64,000 nucleotides of DNA from a virus: IMG/VR virus record IMGVR_UViG_3300023179_000085, positions 1 through 64,000 of that record; one strand, written 5' to 3'. A program made the position numbers and the translations under genes. Numbering within the stretch: the stretch's first letter is position 1; the number at the start of each line of letters is the position of its first letter. Below are positions 21,481-31,289 of the stretch, piece after piece. The notes under the pieces were generated by a model. It saw nothing but the letters and a program-made list of their open reading frames with translations. It was not told the origin of the DNA and ran no database searches.

Positions 21481-22326
21481 ATAAATAATAAAACTATCTA
21501 TGTTTTACATGTTCCAAAATGTGGAGGAACAACAGTATCCATTAATTTAAAAAAATGTATTAGCGAATATGACACTCTGGCATTTTATGGTCAAACTATA
21601 TTTGATAAAAAAATTGATTTAAATGAATATAAAATAATACAAGGTCATTTTGGCAATTATCCAATTTTAAAAGTAAAAAATGTAGATACTGTTTTTTTAG
21701 CAAGAAATCCAGTAGATAGAAGCATAAGCAATTTTGCTTACCTGGCTACTAATAAAGTTTTTGAAACCATAGACGCCTATACAAAACTTGATTCAATTCA
21801 AAAAAAGATAAAGTACTATCTTTTTGAAGACATTTTTTATGCAGAACACAGAAATTTGCAGTCAAGACATCTTTGTAATGGTATACCAGATTATATCTTT
21901 AATTACAAATATAATCATACTTGTATGAATTTAAATGAAAAACTAATGATTAAAGATCATAAAAACGAAATGAATTATCTTAATAAAAGTCAAAATTGGT
22001 ATATACCAAATGATGACACAAGTTGGACAAAAGCTAAAGACCAAATAGATAAATTAAAAATTATAGGAGTTGTAGATAAAGTTTACCAATTTACAGAGGA
22101 CGTTATTAGTCTATTTAAAAAAAATAATCCAAATACCATTTTTAATGACATAAGAGATGACATTAAAAAAAATATTAAATATAATAAATCTAGTGTGAAA
22201 ATAAATGATAATATTTTTACAACAAATGAATTAAAACAAATGTTGTCAAAAAAAGATATAAAAAAAATTGAAGAAAATAATCAACTTGATATGCAACTAT
22301 GGGAATATGTACATTATGTGTTATAA
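21481..22326 (+). CDS. sulfotransferase family protein (start codon unclear)
   Basis: Frame open from 21469: YVLHVPKCGGTT (5'-PSB), GHF, ARNPVDRSISNF (3'-PB); continues into the 21856 ORF. Confidence 0.75.
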   Translation: MNNKTIYVLHVPKCGGTTVSINLKKCISEYDTLAFYGQTIFDKKIDLNEYKIIQGHFGNYPILKVKNVDTVFLARNPVDRSISNFAYLATNKVFETIDAYTKLDSIQKKIKYYLFEDIFYAEHRNLQSRHLCNGIPDYIFNYKYNHTCMNLNEKLMIKDHKNEMNYLNKSQNWYIPNDDTSWTKAKDQIDKLKIIGVVDKVYQFTEDVISLFKKNNPNTIFNDIRDDIKKNIKYNKSSVKINDNIFTTNELKQMLSKKDIKKIEENNQLDMQLWEYVHYVL

Positions 22327-22358
22327 TGGATAAATAGTACACAATATAAGGATTTAAA

Positions 22359-22793
22359 ATGTCAAACTACAAATTATTTGCTTTTTGCGCAGAACAAAAA
22401 GTTTTCTTTGTGCACAAAATTTCTGATGATCAGCCCTCATTTGAATCAACATGTGATTCCTATTCTAGAAATCCAATATTCATAGAATGCACCGATCTCC
22501 CAGAAGCTTCTATGATAACAAAAAACTGGAAATTTGACGGACAGAATTTTTTTCCACCTAATAATAATACTAATTTGTGTGAAGCAAAAGATATAGGAAA
22601 CAACTACAAGTATGCCCTCACTTCAGATGGCATTGTAACTTCTTGGATTATGTTTCCAAAAGATGAACCAGATTCATTGATGTTTTTAGAAAATTTAAAA
22701 AAGAATCCAGTTATTATTGATGTAACAAATCTAGAAAATCCTCCCAAAAAAAACTGGACATTTGACGGACAGAATTTTTTTCCACCAAATTAA
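22359..22793 (+). CDS. hypothetical protein with internal duplication
   Basis: AAGGA SD; two halves each ending KNW(K/T)FDGQNFFPPN; TGTTATAAT at 22319. Confidence 0.75.
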   Translation: MSNYKLFAFCAEQKVFFVHKISDDQPSFESTCDSYSRNPIFIECTDLPEASMITKNWKFDGQNFFPPNNNTNLCEAKDIGNNYKYALTSDGIVTSWIMFPKDEPDSLMFLENLKKNPVIIDVTNLENPPKKNWTFDGQNFFPPN

Positions 22794-22797
22794 AAGT

Positions 22798-23418
22798 CTA
22801 TAACAATTCCGTTATCGTATAAAAAGATGGTGTAGTAAATCTTTCTCCTTTGGTAACCATTTTTACTCCGTGAAGATAATTTACATCTCCCGGATGAGCT
22901 ACAGCCAGTCCTGGTTTTGGTTTTACGACTATATCATGTTGTGGATAATATAATTCGCCACCTTCAAAGTCGTCATTGTAATAAAGAAGTGAATTTAAAT
23001 CATAAGTTGGAAACGGATTCGGAGATCCGTCATTTAACTGTTTATCGGCGTGTGGTCGTTGCTCTAAGCCGGGAAACCATCTAATTATGACTGGGGGTCT
23101 AACAGTTAAGCGAACTTTAAATTGATTTTCTAAAAACCACTGCATTTTTATAATATATTTATCAATTAGATTATAGATATCAAGATTTATCCTCGATAAA
23201 ATATCGTAACTACATTGTCTATTCTGCCAATAAGACGAATCGTAGATACATGTGCCGTCTTCAGCGTATTGGTTTTCCCCAGCATCCATCCACTCATTTA
23301 TTGTGGGAAGAAATTTCTGTATTGTTTTTAGATCATCTAATTCAATAAAATTTTTTATTATTTTAATATTATTAGACGAATTTCCAAAATGTCCTGGAAG
23401 GACTAATGATTTTTCCAT
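22798..23418 (-). CDS. 2OG-Fe(II) oxygenase (prolyl 4-hydroxylase-like)
   Basis: PHAD, YYNDDFEGGELYY, YLHGV, GERFT; AAGGA SD before ATG23418. Confidence 0.9.
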   Translation of the reverse strand: MEKSLVLPGHFGNSSNNIKIIKNFIELDDLKTIQKFLPTINEWMDAGENQYAEDGTCIYDSSYWQNRQCSYDILSRINLDIYNLIDKYIIKMQWFLENQFKVRLTVRPPVIIRWFPGLEQRPHADKQLNDGSPNPFPTYDLNSLLYYNDDFEGGELYYPQHDIVVKPKPGLAVAHPGDVNYLHGVKMVTKGERFTTPSFYTITELL

Positions 23419-23515
23419 ATTTATTCCTTTAGTGATCAAAAGTATTTATTCTACTCGATGCTTTGATTTCTTTGTATGTAAGTGGTATATTATATCATCT
23501 GATTTTTATTAAGGA

Positions 23516-24232
23516 GTGAAAATGGAATTCTACCATGTTAGCGATCCAAAGTTTGGCATATTTCTATATAGAAACGCCATAGAAAGGGAACTCAATATTC
23601 CTGAAAGATTGGAAGCCACTATTGGAAATAGTACTCACGATTTATTTAAATGGTCAGATGCTGTCGTTGGATACAATGTTAAGATGTCAGAGTATAGAGA
23701 TTGTGTTGATTTAAAAATGAGCCCAATACATTGGCCGTATCTTACTCCTGAGTTTGAAGAAGTAAAGAAATGCTACGATGACGTAGATAATAGATTAAAA
23801 AAATGTTTGAATCATTATGAATCTATGTACAATTTTAAAATGGAATTTATGGAAGCAATTAATTTTGTGCGCTATAAGCCTGGTCAACATTTTGCAGTTC
23901 ACACTGACCATGGATTTTCTTATACATGTACCGTGTCCTCAGTAGTGTATCTAAATGATGAATATGAAGGTGGGGAGCTATGGTTTCCATATTTGGATAT
24001 AACTCTTAAACCACAGGCCGGCGACGTAGTGCTATTTCCTTCTACCTACATCTATGCGCACGCATCGCTAAAAGTTAAAAGCGGAGTCAAATACTCTGCC
24101 GTTACTATGTTTGACTATAACGACAATAACCATAAGTACGGCATGGGGTACGCGAATGATGGTTCAAAAGCAGACCAAACAAAAGGAATTCCGCAAAAAA
24201 CTACTCAGCCAAACTACGCAACTCTTTCGTAG
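23516..24232 (+). CDS. 2OG-Fe(II) oxygenase (prolyl 4-hydroxylase-like)
   Basis: VHTD, YLNDEYEGGELWF, FPSTYIYAH, GVKYS. Confidence 0.9.
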   Translation: MKMEFYHVSDPKFGIFLYRNAIERELNIPERLEATIGNSTHDLFKWSDAVVGYNVKMSEYRDCVDLKMSPIHWPYLTPEFEEVKKCYDDVDNRLKKCLNHYESMYNFKMEFMEAINFVRYKPGQHFAVHTDHGFSYTCTVSSVVYLNDEYEGGELWFPYLDITLKPQAGDVVLFPSTYIYAHASLKVKSGVKYSAVTMFDYNDNNHKYGMGYANDGSKADQTKGIPQKTTQPNYATLS

Positions 24233-24292
24233 TATACTGCGTAGTACGTTTTTGGCGTTAAAAAGTTTCTCATTATATGGTATACTAATATC

Positions 24293-24994
24293 ATGAGCTT
24301 AGTTACGTTAACCAAAACACATCAAAATCCGCCATTAATAAAACAGTCAAGAATAAAAAGAGACTGGATGGACGATACCTATAACAAGCACGCATATCAA
24401 TGCTTGCCGTTAACTGTGGCAAATGTTACTGGATGGGAATTAATTTTGCAGCAAGATGTAGTAGTGCAATGGGATGGTGGAAATACGGTTCCAAAAGTTT
24501 TACAAGGAGAGACCCTTGACGGAAGGTCTATAGTTATTCCAAGTATTATAGGAATAATGTCTTTTTCCACAGGATGGACATTTCAAACAGAAGATAACTA
24601 TTCTACATGGATTGGTGGATCGCCCAATTATTTTGTCGATGGAGCTGTTCCACTTACCGCGTCAATTCCAAGTTATTGGTGGCCAGATGAATTTAATATG
24701 AATTGGAAAATAACTAAAGTCGGAGAACCGGTTATCTTCCCAGCCGGAATGCCTTTTATGCACTTTACTATATATCCAAACAACCTCGCAGAAAACGTAG
24801 AATTTAAAATAGAAAATCTATGGGATAAACCAGACTTAATGAATCAGAGAATGAGTTACGGTAATGCAAAAATGAAGAAATTACAGGAACAACCTTGGAC
24901 CTGGATGAAAGGTATAAAAACCGGCTTAAATGAAAAAGGAGAAAAAATAGGACCTCCATTTGAGGGCTTACCATCATTAAAGGAGCCACAATAG
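24293..24994 (+). CDS. DUF6065-like protein
   Basis: RDWMD...HAYQCLPLTVANVTGWEL, FNMNWKIT; TGGTATACT (24278-24286) ends 6 nt upstream, suggesting a leaderless transcript. Confidence 0.7.
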   Translation: MSLVTLTKTHQNPPLIKQSRIKRDWMDDTYNKHAYQCLPLTVANVTGWELILQQDVVVQWDGGNTVPKVLQGETLDGRSIVIPSIIGIMSFSTGWTFQTEDNYSTWIGGSPNYFVDGAVPLTASIPSYWWPDEFNMNWKITKVGEPVIFPAGMPFMHFTIYPNNLAENVEFKIENLWDKPDLMNQRMSYGNAKMKKLQEQPWTWMKGIKTGLNEKGEKIGPPFEGLPSLKEPQ

Positions 24995-25290
24995 TGCAAG
25001 AGCAATTTGTAGGATCTTGGAAAATTCAAGTATCTTCTCCCCTGGGTGTTGATTACTATACTTTGGCAATCTCTCCTTCACTTAATGCAATGCTTTCTGA
25101 GGCAAGGGGTAGCATGGAGTTTCATGATGTGCAATTTGTTTCAAATACTTTTCAGTTAATTGGTAAAACAGAAACTCCAACAAAATCTACCATAGTTATG
25201 AATGGTAGACTCGAGGATAAGGTAATTTTTGGAACAATTAAGATAAACGAGTATTGTATGGTCGATTTTAAGGGAATAAAAAATGAATAA
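24994..25290 (+). CDS. hypothetical protein
   Basis: 98 aa, TAGTG coupling with the upstream gene, AAGGAG SD. Confidence 0.7.
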   Translation: MQEQFVGSWKIQVSSPLGVDYYTLAISPSLNAMLSEARGSMEFHDVQFVSNTFQLIGKTETPTKSTIVMNGRLEDKVIFGTIKINEYCMVDFKGIKNE

Positions 25291-25900
25291 TGTTTACGAT
25301 ATAGATGTTAAAGGTCTCGATGGACAAGAAAATTTTCTTGATCAATTTAAAGGAAAAATTACTTTAATTGTAAATATATCAAGCAAATTTGGGTATAAGC
25401 CACAATGCAGTCCGCTGTGGTCATATGTGAGAACCAGTAGGAATTTATGGGAACTGCAAGCAGTCCATGATGAATTTAAAGACAGGGGATTTTCAGTTGT
25501 TGCTTTTCCGTGTAATCAGTTTGGTAAAATGGAACCGGGCTCAAATGAGGAGATAAGTCAGTTTATAAAAACAAACTATCCATTTGTGAATTTTCCAATA
25601 GCTGAAAAAGTTGAAGTAAACGGCAAAAATGAACATGAAGTTTATTCTTTCCTTAAAGGAAAAGAAAGACGAGCATATTCTGATACAACTGCAGATGGAA
25701 CGACTGCAGCTGTAGAAGGACAAAATTTAGCTGGTCAAGCAATAGCAAGAATACCCCATAGTTATGAAAAATTTTTAATCAGTAGAAATGGGGTAGTGAT
25801 TTCTAGATTCAATTGGCAAGATATGCCCTTGGATGAAGAACCAAGGGTTATGGGAGCTGGTTGGACAATAAGAGAAGCAATTGACGAAGTATTGGGGTAA
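25283..25900 (+). CDS. glutathione peroxidase-fold protein with altered active site
   Basis: KGKITLIVNISSKFG, AFPCNQFGKMEPG, KVEVNG, EKFLI. Confidence 0.85.
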   Translation: MNNVYDIDVKGLDGQENFLDQFKGKITLIVNISSKFGYKPQCSPLWSYVRTSRNLWELQAVHDEFKDRGFSVVAFPCNQFGKMEPGSNEEISQFIKTNYPFVNFPIAEKVEVNGKNEHEVYSFLKGKERRAYSDTTADGTTAAVEGQNLAGQAIARIPHSYEKFLISRNGVVISRFNWQDMPLDEEPRVMGAGWTIREAIDEVLG

Positions 25901-25904
25901 TAAA

Positions 25905-27056
25905 ATGTCTTATGGCAATAGTCCTGTAAACGAACAATTAGATTATGAAAATCTCCCATCTTTTCCTGTATCTCCTAAGATAACGGAAGAGGTAATAGAG
26001 GAAATTGGCAAAATTCAATGCGAGATTCTTGGTCCTGGTGTTGTTGTTTTTAGAAACGCTTTTAACATAGATCAAAATTTAGTATTAAAATATATTGATG
26101 AAAAAGCTGATGAAGCACATCAGGGCAGATGGAAGTATGTTGAAATAGAGGGCAAAAAATATGGCATAAATGAAGATGGTTTCAGATATGCAATTGACGA
26201 AGTGCCAGCAACGCCAGTAAGACTGCTAGATCCCGTCAACTCACAAACTCCCGAAGAGATAGCAAATTTCTTTTTTTATCTTGAAGATCAAATTTACAAA
26301 TGTCTATTAAAGTATATAGACCATTATCCATTGATGATCGGTAGCATTTGGTGGAAAACTCGAGGACACATTTTAAGATATGGAGATGGGGGCAGATTAG
26401 GTTGCCACGCTGATAATGATACTAACTATAAGGTCACAAAAGGCGTAAGATACATGCCAAAGGGAATGGTTGCATCACGTCAAACCTGTGGCGCCCTAGT
26501 GTATTTTAATGATCATGTTGAAACACAGCAAGAGCTAAATGGTAAAAACTTTACTGGCGGCAATTTGCGTTTTGTTCACCTTGGTATATCATACAAGCCA
26601 CAAAAGGGGGATATCATCTTTTTCCCAACAAACTACGTTGCGTCACATGACGTAGAGTCTATGGGTAAAGGTGTTAGGTATAGTTATCTAACATTTTTTG
26701 GGCAAGGAGACAATGACATTAAAGCAGGTATAGTCGTTGTCGAAGAAAAAAAGAGCAAGAAGTGGTGTCCACCAGTTTGGTTTGACAATATCTATGATGA
26801 TTATGAACTCTACTGCAAGTCTCCGCATTCTATATATTTTGATGTTTCAAAATCTAACGTAGAACCTGGTTGGAATCCGGTTTATCAAGGTAGAGAGGTT
26901 GCCCAGTACAACACGACTCATGATACCGTTCAAGTCGGTACCGCTCCGGATCCAGATATGTCAGAAGTAACTGCAGCAGAAAACGCTAGAAAAAATGCGG
27001 CGGAAAAGATCGAAGGCGCCGGTCCGTGCAATACAACGCCACAGGAAATTAGCTAG
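25905..27056 (+). CDS. 2OG-Fe(II) oxygenase
   Basis: GCHADND, YFND, FTGGNL, FFPTNYVASHDV, GVRYS. Confidence 0.85.
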   Translation: MSYGNSPVNEQLDYENLPSFPVSPKITEEVIEEIGKIQCEILGPGVVVFRNAFNIDQNLVLKYIDEKADEAHQGRWKYVEIEGKKYGINEDGFRYAIDEVPATPVRLLDPVNSQTPEEIANFFFYLEDQIYKCLLKYIDHYPLMIGSIWWKTRGHILRYGDGGRLGCHADNDTNYKVTKGVRYMPKGMVASRQTCGALVYFNDHVETQQELNGKNFTGGNLRFVHLGISYKPQKGDIIFFPTNYVASHDVESMGKGVRYSYLTFFGQGDNDIKAGIVVVEEKKSKKWCPPVWFDNIYDDYELYCKSPHSIYFDVSKSNVEPGWNPVYQGREVAQYNTTHDTVQVGTAPDPDMSEVTAAENARKNAAEKIEGAGPCNTTPQEIS

Positions 27057-28007
27057 TGAATGGCAATAGTCTTCCAGACCCGATAAATTATCGGAATGGG
27101 GATTGTGTGCTTCCCTGGAGCAATAGAAGTCAATCAAGATCTGGTAATCCCCTATTTGGCTTCTTTAAAGCAAAAAGCCATAGAAGAAGATTATAATATA
27201 GTGAATGAACCAGATGGAAATACTTATGCAATAAATAGAAGCGGTCATAGATATTCATTAGAGGATATACACATAAATGCTAGTCATATAATGAATTTTA
27301 TTGACGAAAGTAGCCCCAAAGAATTAATAAACTTTTTTGAAGAATGCGAAAAAACATTCTATCACTCTCTTTTAAGGTATATAGAAATATTTCCAATGAT
27401 TCTTCCGAATATCTGGTGGAGAACATTGGGGCACGTTTTAGCATATGGGCCAAACAGTAGAATGGGAATACACAACGATAATGATGTGAATTACCAGGTG
27501 GGTTTTGAGCCCGACTTGCAACTGGCTACAAGAAATGTTGTTGGTATAATAATATATTTAAATTCTTCTGTATCTTCAAAAGAAGATATAAAAAAGTATG
27601 AATACAATAATGGGGAAATTGTTTTTCCTTATGCAAATGTAGCTTATTCACCTAAAGCTGGAGATGTTTTAATGTTTCCTTCAAATTATTTGGGTACTCA
27701 CGAAATTAATCCGTGCCAAAATGGCAGTAGGTATGCGTATATAGGGTACTTTGCCCAGGGGTCTTCTCATCCAGAAAGAGGGGTTCATATAACAAGCATG
27801 ACTCCTCCAATAGGTAAACAGGGTCAGGTTTGGATTAAAAATTTACGAGAAGACTATATTGAATATATAAAAAATAAATACAGTATAGATACATTATCGT
27901 CTTTAACGGATCCAGATACTCTCGCATTGCTCAGGGGTACAATAAGAAGGTATAATAGTTCAGGAACAGAAAAAAACTTACCACACAAAAGGTTGAATAA
28001 TGATTGA
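27056..28007 (+). CDS. 2OG-Fe(II) oxygenase; probable +1 shift at CGG 27092 (about 316 aa joined)
   Basis: GTG27056 coupled to the upstream TAG; INY-G-MGIVCF aligns with paralogs ILGPGVVVF and HLGGGVVVF; HNDND, FPSNYLGTHEI, GSRY. An independent start at ATG27096 is also possible. Confidence 0.8.
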
Positions 28008-28875
28008 TAACAATGTAAAAGCAGAACATTTGGGAGGTGGAGTAGTTGTATTTCGCTCAGCCTTAGAACTCGATTGGAACTATATCTTAGATTTTGCAAG
28101 GAATTCAATTAATAAAGAAAAAAATGAAATGTACAAGCCAGCTGTCAACCCAGAAACTGGCGAAGAATGCTATATTAATAAAAGCGGATATTTTTTTCGC
28201 AAAGATTCAATAGATCAAATGCCAGGAAGAGGATCTGCTATTCACAGATATGCTGATGACAAATTCAAGTCAATATTTGATTTTATAGAAGAATCAAAAG
28301 ATAAATATCTATTAAAATACTTTGAACTATTTCCTTTAGCTGTTAAGTGTGTTTGGTGGAAAGTTAAAGGTCACATTGTCCAGTATAAAAGTGGAGTTTA
28401 CCTAGGGTCGCATTCGGACGTCAGCGCAGATTACGTATATGGAGTGTGGACGCCAGTCGATCAACTCGCAACAAGAAATACAGTGAGTACCGTTTTTTAT
28501 TTAAACGACTGTGTTGAAACAGAAGAAGAGTTAAATGACAGTAATTTTACTGGTGGACATCACTATTTTAACTATTTAGATATAGATTTTAAACCATCAA
28601 AAGGTGATATATTATTTTTCCCCTCCAATTATATGGCAGCGCATGAAGTTAAACCAGTGATTTCTGGAGAAAGATACTCATATTTAGGTTGGTATAGTCA
28701 CGGTACTCCAAATAAAGAGGTTGGAGAATCCGTAACGGATCCAATCAAAGAGTCAGAGATGGCAAAAACTTCTACAAATCTCTACATGCCGACACTGATG
28801 GATGATTACAAAAATTTCTTAAAACAAAATGGTTATTCAGAACATTCAGAACATTTTAGGATTGTGAGATCATAA
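28000..28875 (+). CDS. 2OG-Fe(II) oxygenase
   Basis: GSHSD, YLND, FTGG, FPSNYMAAHEV, GERYS. Confidence 0.85.
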   Translation: MIDNNVKAEHLGGGVVVFRSALELDWNYILDFARNSINKEKNEMYKPAVNPETGEECYINKSGYFFRKDSIDQMPGRGSAIHRYADDKFKSIFDFIEESKDKYLLKYFELFPLAVKCVWWKVKGHIVQYKSGVYLGSHSDVSADYVYGVWTPVDQLATRNTVSTVFYLNDCVETEEELNDSNFTGGHHYFNYLDIDFKPSKGDILFFPSNYMAAHEVKPVISGERYSYLGWYSHGTPNKEVGESVTDPIKESEMAKTSTNLYMPTLMDDYKNFLKQNGYSEHSEHFRIVRS

Positions 28876-29654
28876 TGAAGATGACAGATATTGGTAGTGG
28901 TCTATGTTTGGCCGAAAATTTGTTTGATTTTAATCCTCAAGATATTATTGATTACTTATCATTCCTTAGACAAATGGAACAGGGCACTTTTACTTACATA
29001 GAAGAAAATGGTAAAAAATATGCAATAAATAAAACAGGATTTAAATTTGATATGGATTCTGTTAATATAGCCCCAGAAAGATTTACCGACCCTCTATGCA
29101 AGGGGTTTGACCAGAAGCCAACAGAAGAGCAAAAAAATCTAGTTGTTTTTCTTGAAGATCTTTTGTATAAAGTACTAGTAGAATATTGCAAAATATACCC
29201 CGATGCTGCGACAGTATGCTGGTGGAGATCCGCTGGGCATTTTGCAACCTATAGCAATGGCCAAAGAATAGGTCCACACTGCGATGATCAAATCCCGCAT
29301 GATGATAGTTTTGGCATAACAAATGAATATCCAAAACACGCTAAGGTAAGCATAAATATTTATCTTAATGACTGTGTAGAAAAGGAAGAGGAGTTAAACG
29401 GGACAAATTTTATGGGTGGATGGATAAAGTTCAGACACGCAAAATACACCCATAAACCCAAAATGGGGACTGCTGTTATTTATCCCGCAAACTTTGTTGG
29501 TACTCATGAAGTAACTCCAGTAACCCACGGTATGCGCATAGCTTATTTGGGATCATTTTTATATGGCACTCCGCAAAATGCGGTCCCCAATGATGGCAGA
29601 ATATGGATGACTAATTTAAAAAAAGACTCCGGTTTTTACACTAGACAGTATTAA
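28875..29654 (+). CDS. 2OG-Fe(II) oxygenase
   Basis: GPHCDD, YLND, FMGG, YPANFVGTHEV, GMRIA. Confidence 0.85.
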   Translation: MKMTDIGSGLCLAENLFDFNPQDIIDYLSFLRQMEQGTFTYIEENGKKYAINKTGFKFDMDSVNIAPERFTDPLCKGFDQKPTEEQKNLVVFLEDLLYKVLVEYCKIYPDAATVCWWRSAGHFATYSNGQRIGPHCDDQIPHDDSFGITNEYPKHAKVSINIYLNDCVEKEEELNGTNFMGGWIKFRHAKYTHKPKMGTAVIYPANFVGTHEVTPVTHGMRIAYLGSFLYGTPQNAVPNDGRIWMTNLKKDSGFYTRQY

Positions 29655-29680
29655 ATTAGTTTAAGAATTACTATAGAGCC

Positions 29681-29965
29681 ATGCAATATAACACAGGCTT
29701 AGAGTACAATAACGCTGGAATCAGCTACATAGGAGCCCTGGTAATCAAGGTGCCGGGGATCTCTAATCCAATTATTTTAAATAATATAAGAATCTCTTTT
29801 GCTGGCTTACAGGATTATTCAAACCTAACAACTGTAGCTGTTTTAAGTATAGATGTAAATCCTAGCGGAGTTATAACAATTGAAACAGTTAAGGAAAACT
29901 TATCAGCTCTTACTTCGGTAGAGGCAATTACAATATATGACGGGAATGTTATTGGCTTAGGTTAG
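29681..29965 (+). CDS. hypothetical protein
   Basis: 94 aa; ATG 5 nt after TTACTATA (29668-29675). Confidence 0.6.
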   Translation: MQYNTGLEYNNAGISYIGALVIKVPGISNPIILNNIRISFAGLQDYSNLTTVAVLSIDVNPSGVITIETVKENLSALTSVEAITIYDGNVIGLG

Positions 29966-30025
29966 TTCTATAAGCGGTTTTCTAGGGTACTATAAATATT
30001 AGTCAAACCAACGGGTGATAATTTT

Positions 30026-30919
30026 ATGTCTTCAATTTTAGTAAATGACGCAGTTCGATTTAGGGTCAAATTCGTAGATATTGATTCTGGCGGTAATCAG
30101 ATAGAGGTTTCCCCAGTCTCAGTGCTTTTTAAACTATACGATTCTAATAATAATTTGATTTTATCGGATAGCAATCTTGAGTCTATATCAACTTCGGAGT
30201 TTTATTATGAATATACTTTTGCAAATGCAGGTACTTATAAAATAACATTTATAGGGACTTTAGAAGATAATAGATCCATAACTGTAAATCAACAGGTATA
30301 CGTTAGTACGCCAGATGAAGACTATAATCCAACTATCTTTCTTAGGGAAGATGAGGTTATTGCGTTTGCTCCGGATATTCACCCTCTATATGTAGACCCA
30401 GAAGAGTTAATTCCTTACTTCCCTGATGCACCCCTCTTGGAAATAGGGGAATTTATTCATATTTATTCTTTAGAAATAAAACAAATTTTTTCTTTACTTG
30501 ATGACGATGATGGAAGCAATCTTTCATTTACTGCTTTGGAGTATATAAAGGCCGCAACTGCATGTGAGCTTTCCAGGGTTTATGGAGGTGGGGGAGATGA
30601 TGAGCTGTCCGTTAGACTTGGTGATCTTTCTATCACAAATAGAAACCTACCTAGGTCAACTCTAACTAGAGCTAATGCAACCACATGGTGCCAGATAGCT
30701 GCTACGTTAAGAAAAGAAATATTAGCACAAAAAGTCAGCGCAAGGGCAATACAACCAAAAGGACTGCCCACAATGCCTACCGTCAGTTCTGGCAGAGCTG
30801 TTGATCCGTATACTGGGTCAACAATTTATTTGTCAGACAAAGATATATATGGACCCGGCGCAATCATAACCCCGAAAGAAAATCCGATTCCCGAACGAGG
30901 CTTAAGGAAGCATGATTGA
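30026..30919 (+). CDS. putative head-tail adaptor with N-terminal beta-sandwich
   Basis: Position in the neck module; helical C-domain ending SVRLGDLSIT, typical of adaptors. Confidence 0.55.
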   Translation: MSSILVNDAVRFRVKFVDIDSGGNQIEVSPVSVLFKLYDSNNNLILSDSNLESISTSEFYYEYTFANAGTYKITFIGTLEDNRSITVNQQVYVSTPDEDYNPTIFLREDEVIAFAPDIHPLYVDPEELIPYFPDAPLLEIGEFIHIYSLEIKQIFSLLDDDDGSNLSFTALEYIKAATACELSRVYGGGGDDELSVRLGDLSITNRNLPRSTLTRANATTWCQIAATLRKEILAQKVSARAIQPKGLPTMPTVSSGRAVDPYTGSTIYLSDKDIYGPGAIITPKENPIPERGLRKHD

Positions 30920-31289
30920 TCCTAAAAAAACATTAAAAAATATTCTCAAACAATGGGGTCATAATATTTTAATGCAAAGACTGATGGATCCCCAGCAGAT
31001 GAAGTATGAGTCAAGACTTCAAAGATACACAACACGCTGTTATTACCCGGGTTCAAGCGGATTTGCAAACGCAATGCAGGAAAAAACGCAGGGTCTTACA
31101 GTGTCTTCAGAGGTAGTATATTATTTCCAAGATTTTGTAAATCCAAAATCAGGAGATAGAATTTATGAAGAACTGCCAACTGGAAATGAAATATTCAAAA
31201 TAGATTTTGCTGCTCCGGTACGAGGTAGGGGCGGCAAAATAGTTTATTGGATAGCCGGAGCTACAAGAGAAGAGGTCAACAATGCTTAA
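30912..31289 (+). CDS. putative head-closure (stopper) protein
   Basis: 125 aa, YYFQDFVNPKSGDRIYE motif, follows the adaptor. Confidence 0.55.
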   Translation: MIDPKKTLKNILKQWGHNILMQRLMDPQQMKYESRLQRYTTRCYYPGSSGFANAMQEKTQGLTVSSEVVYYFQDFVNPKSGDRIYEELPTGNEIFKIDFAAPVRGRGGKIVYWIAGATREEVNNA

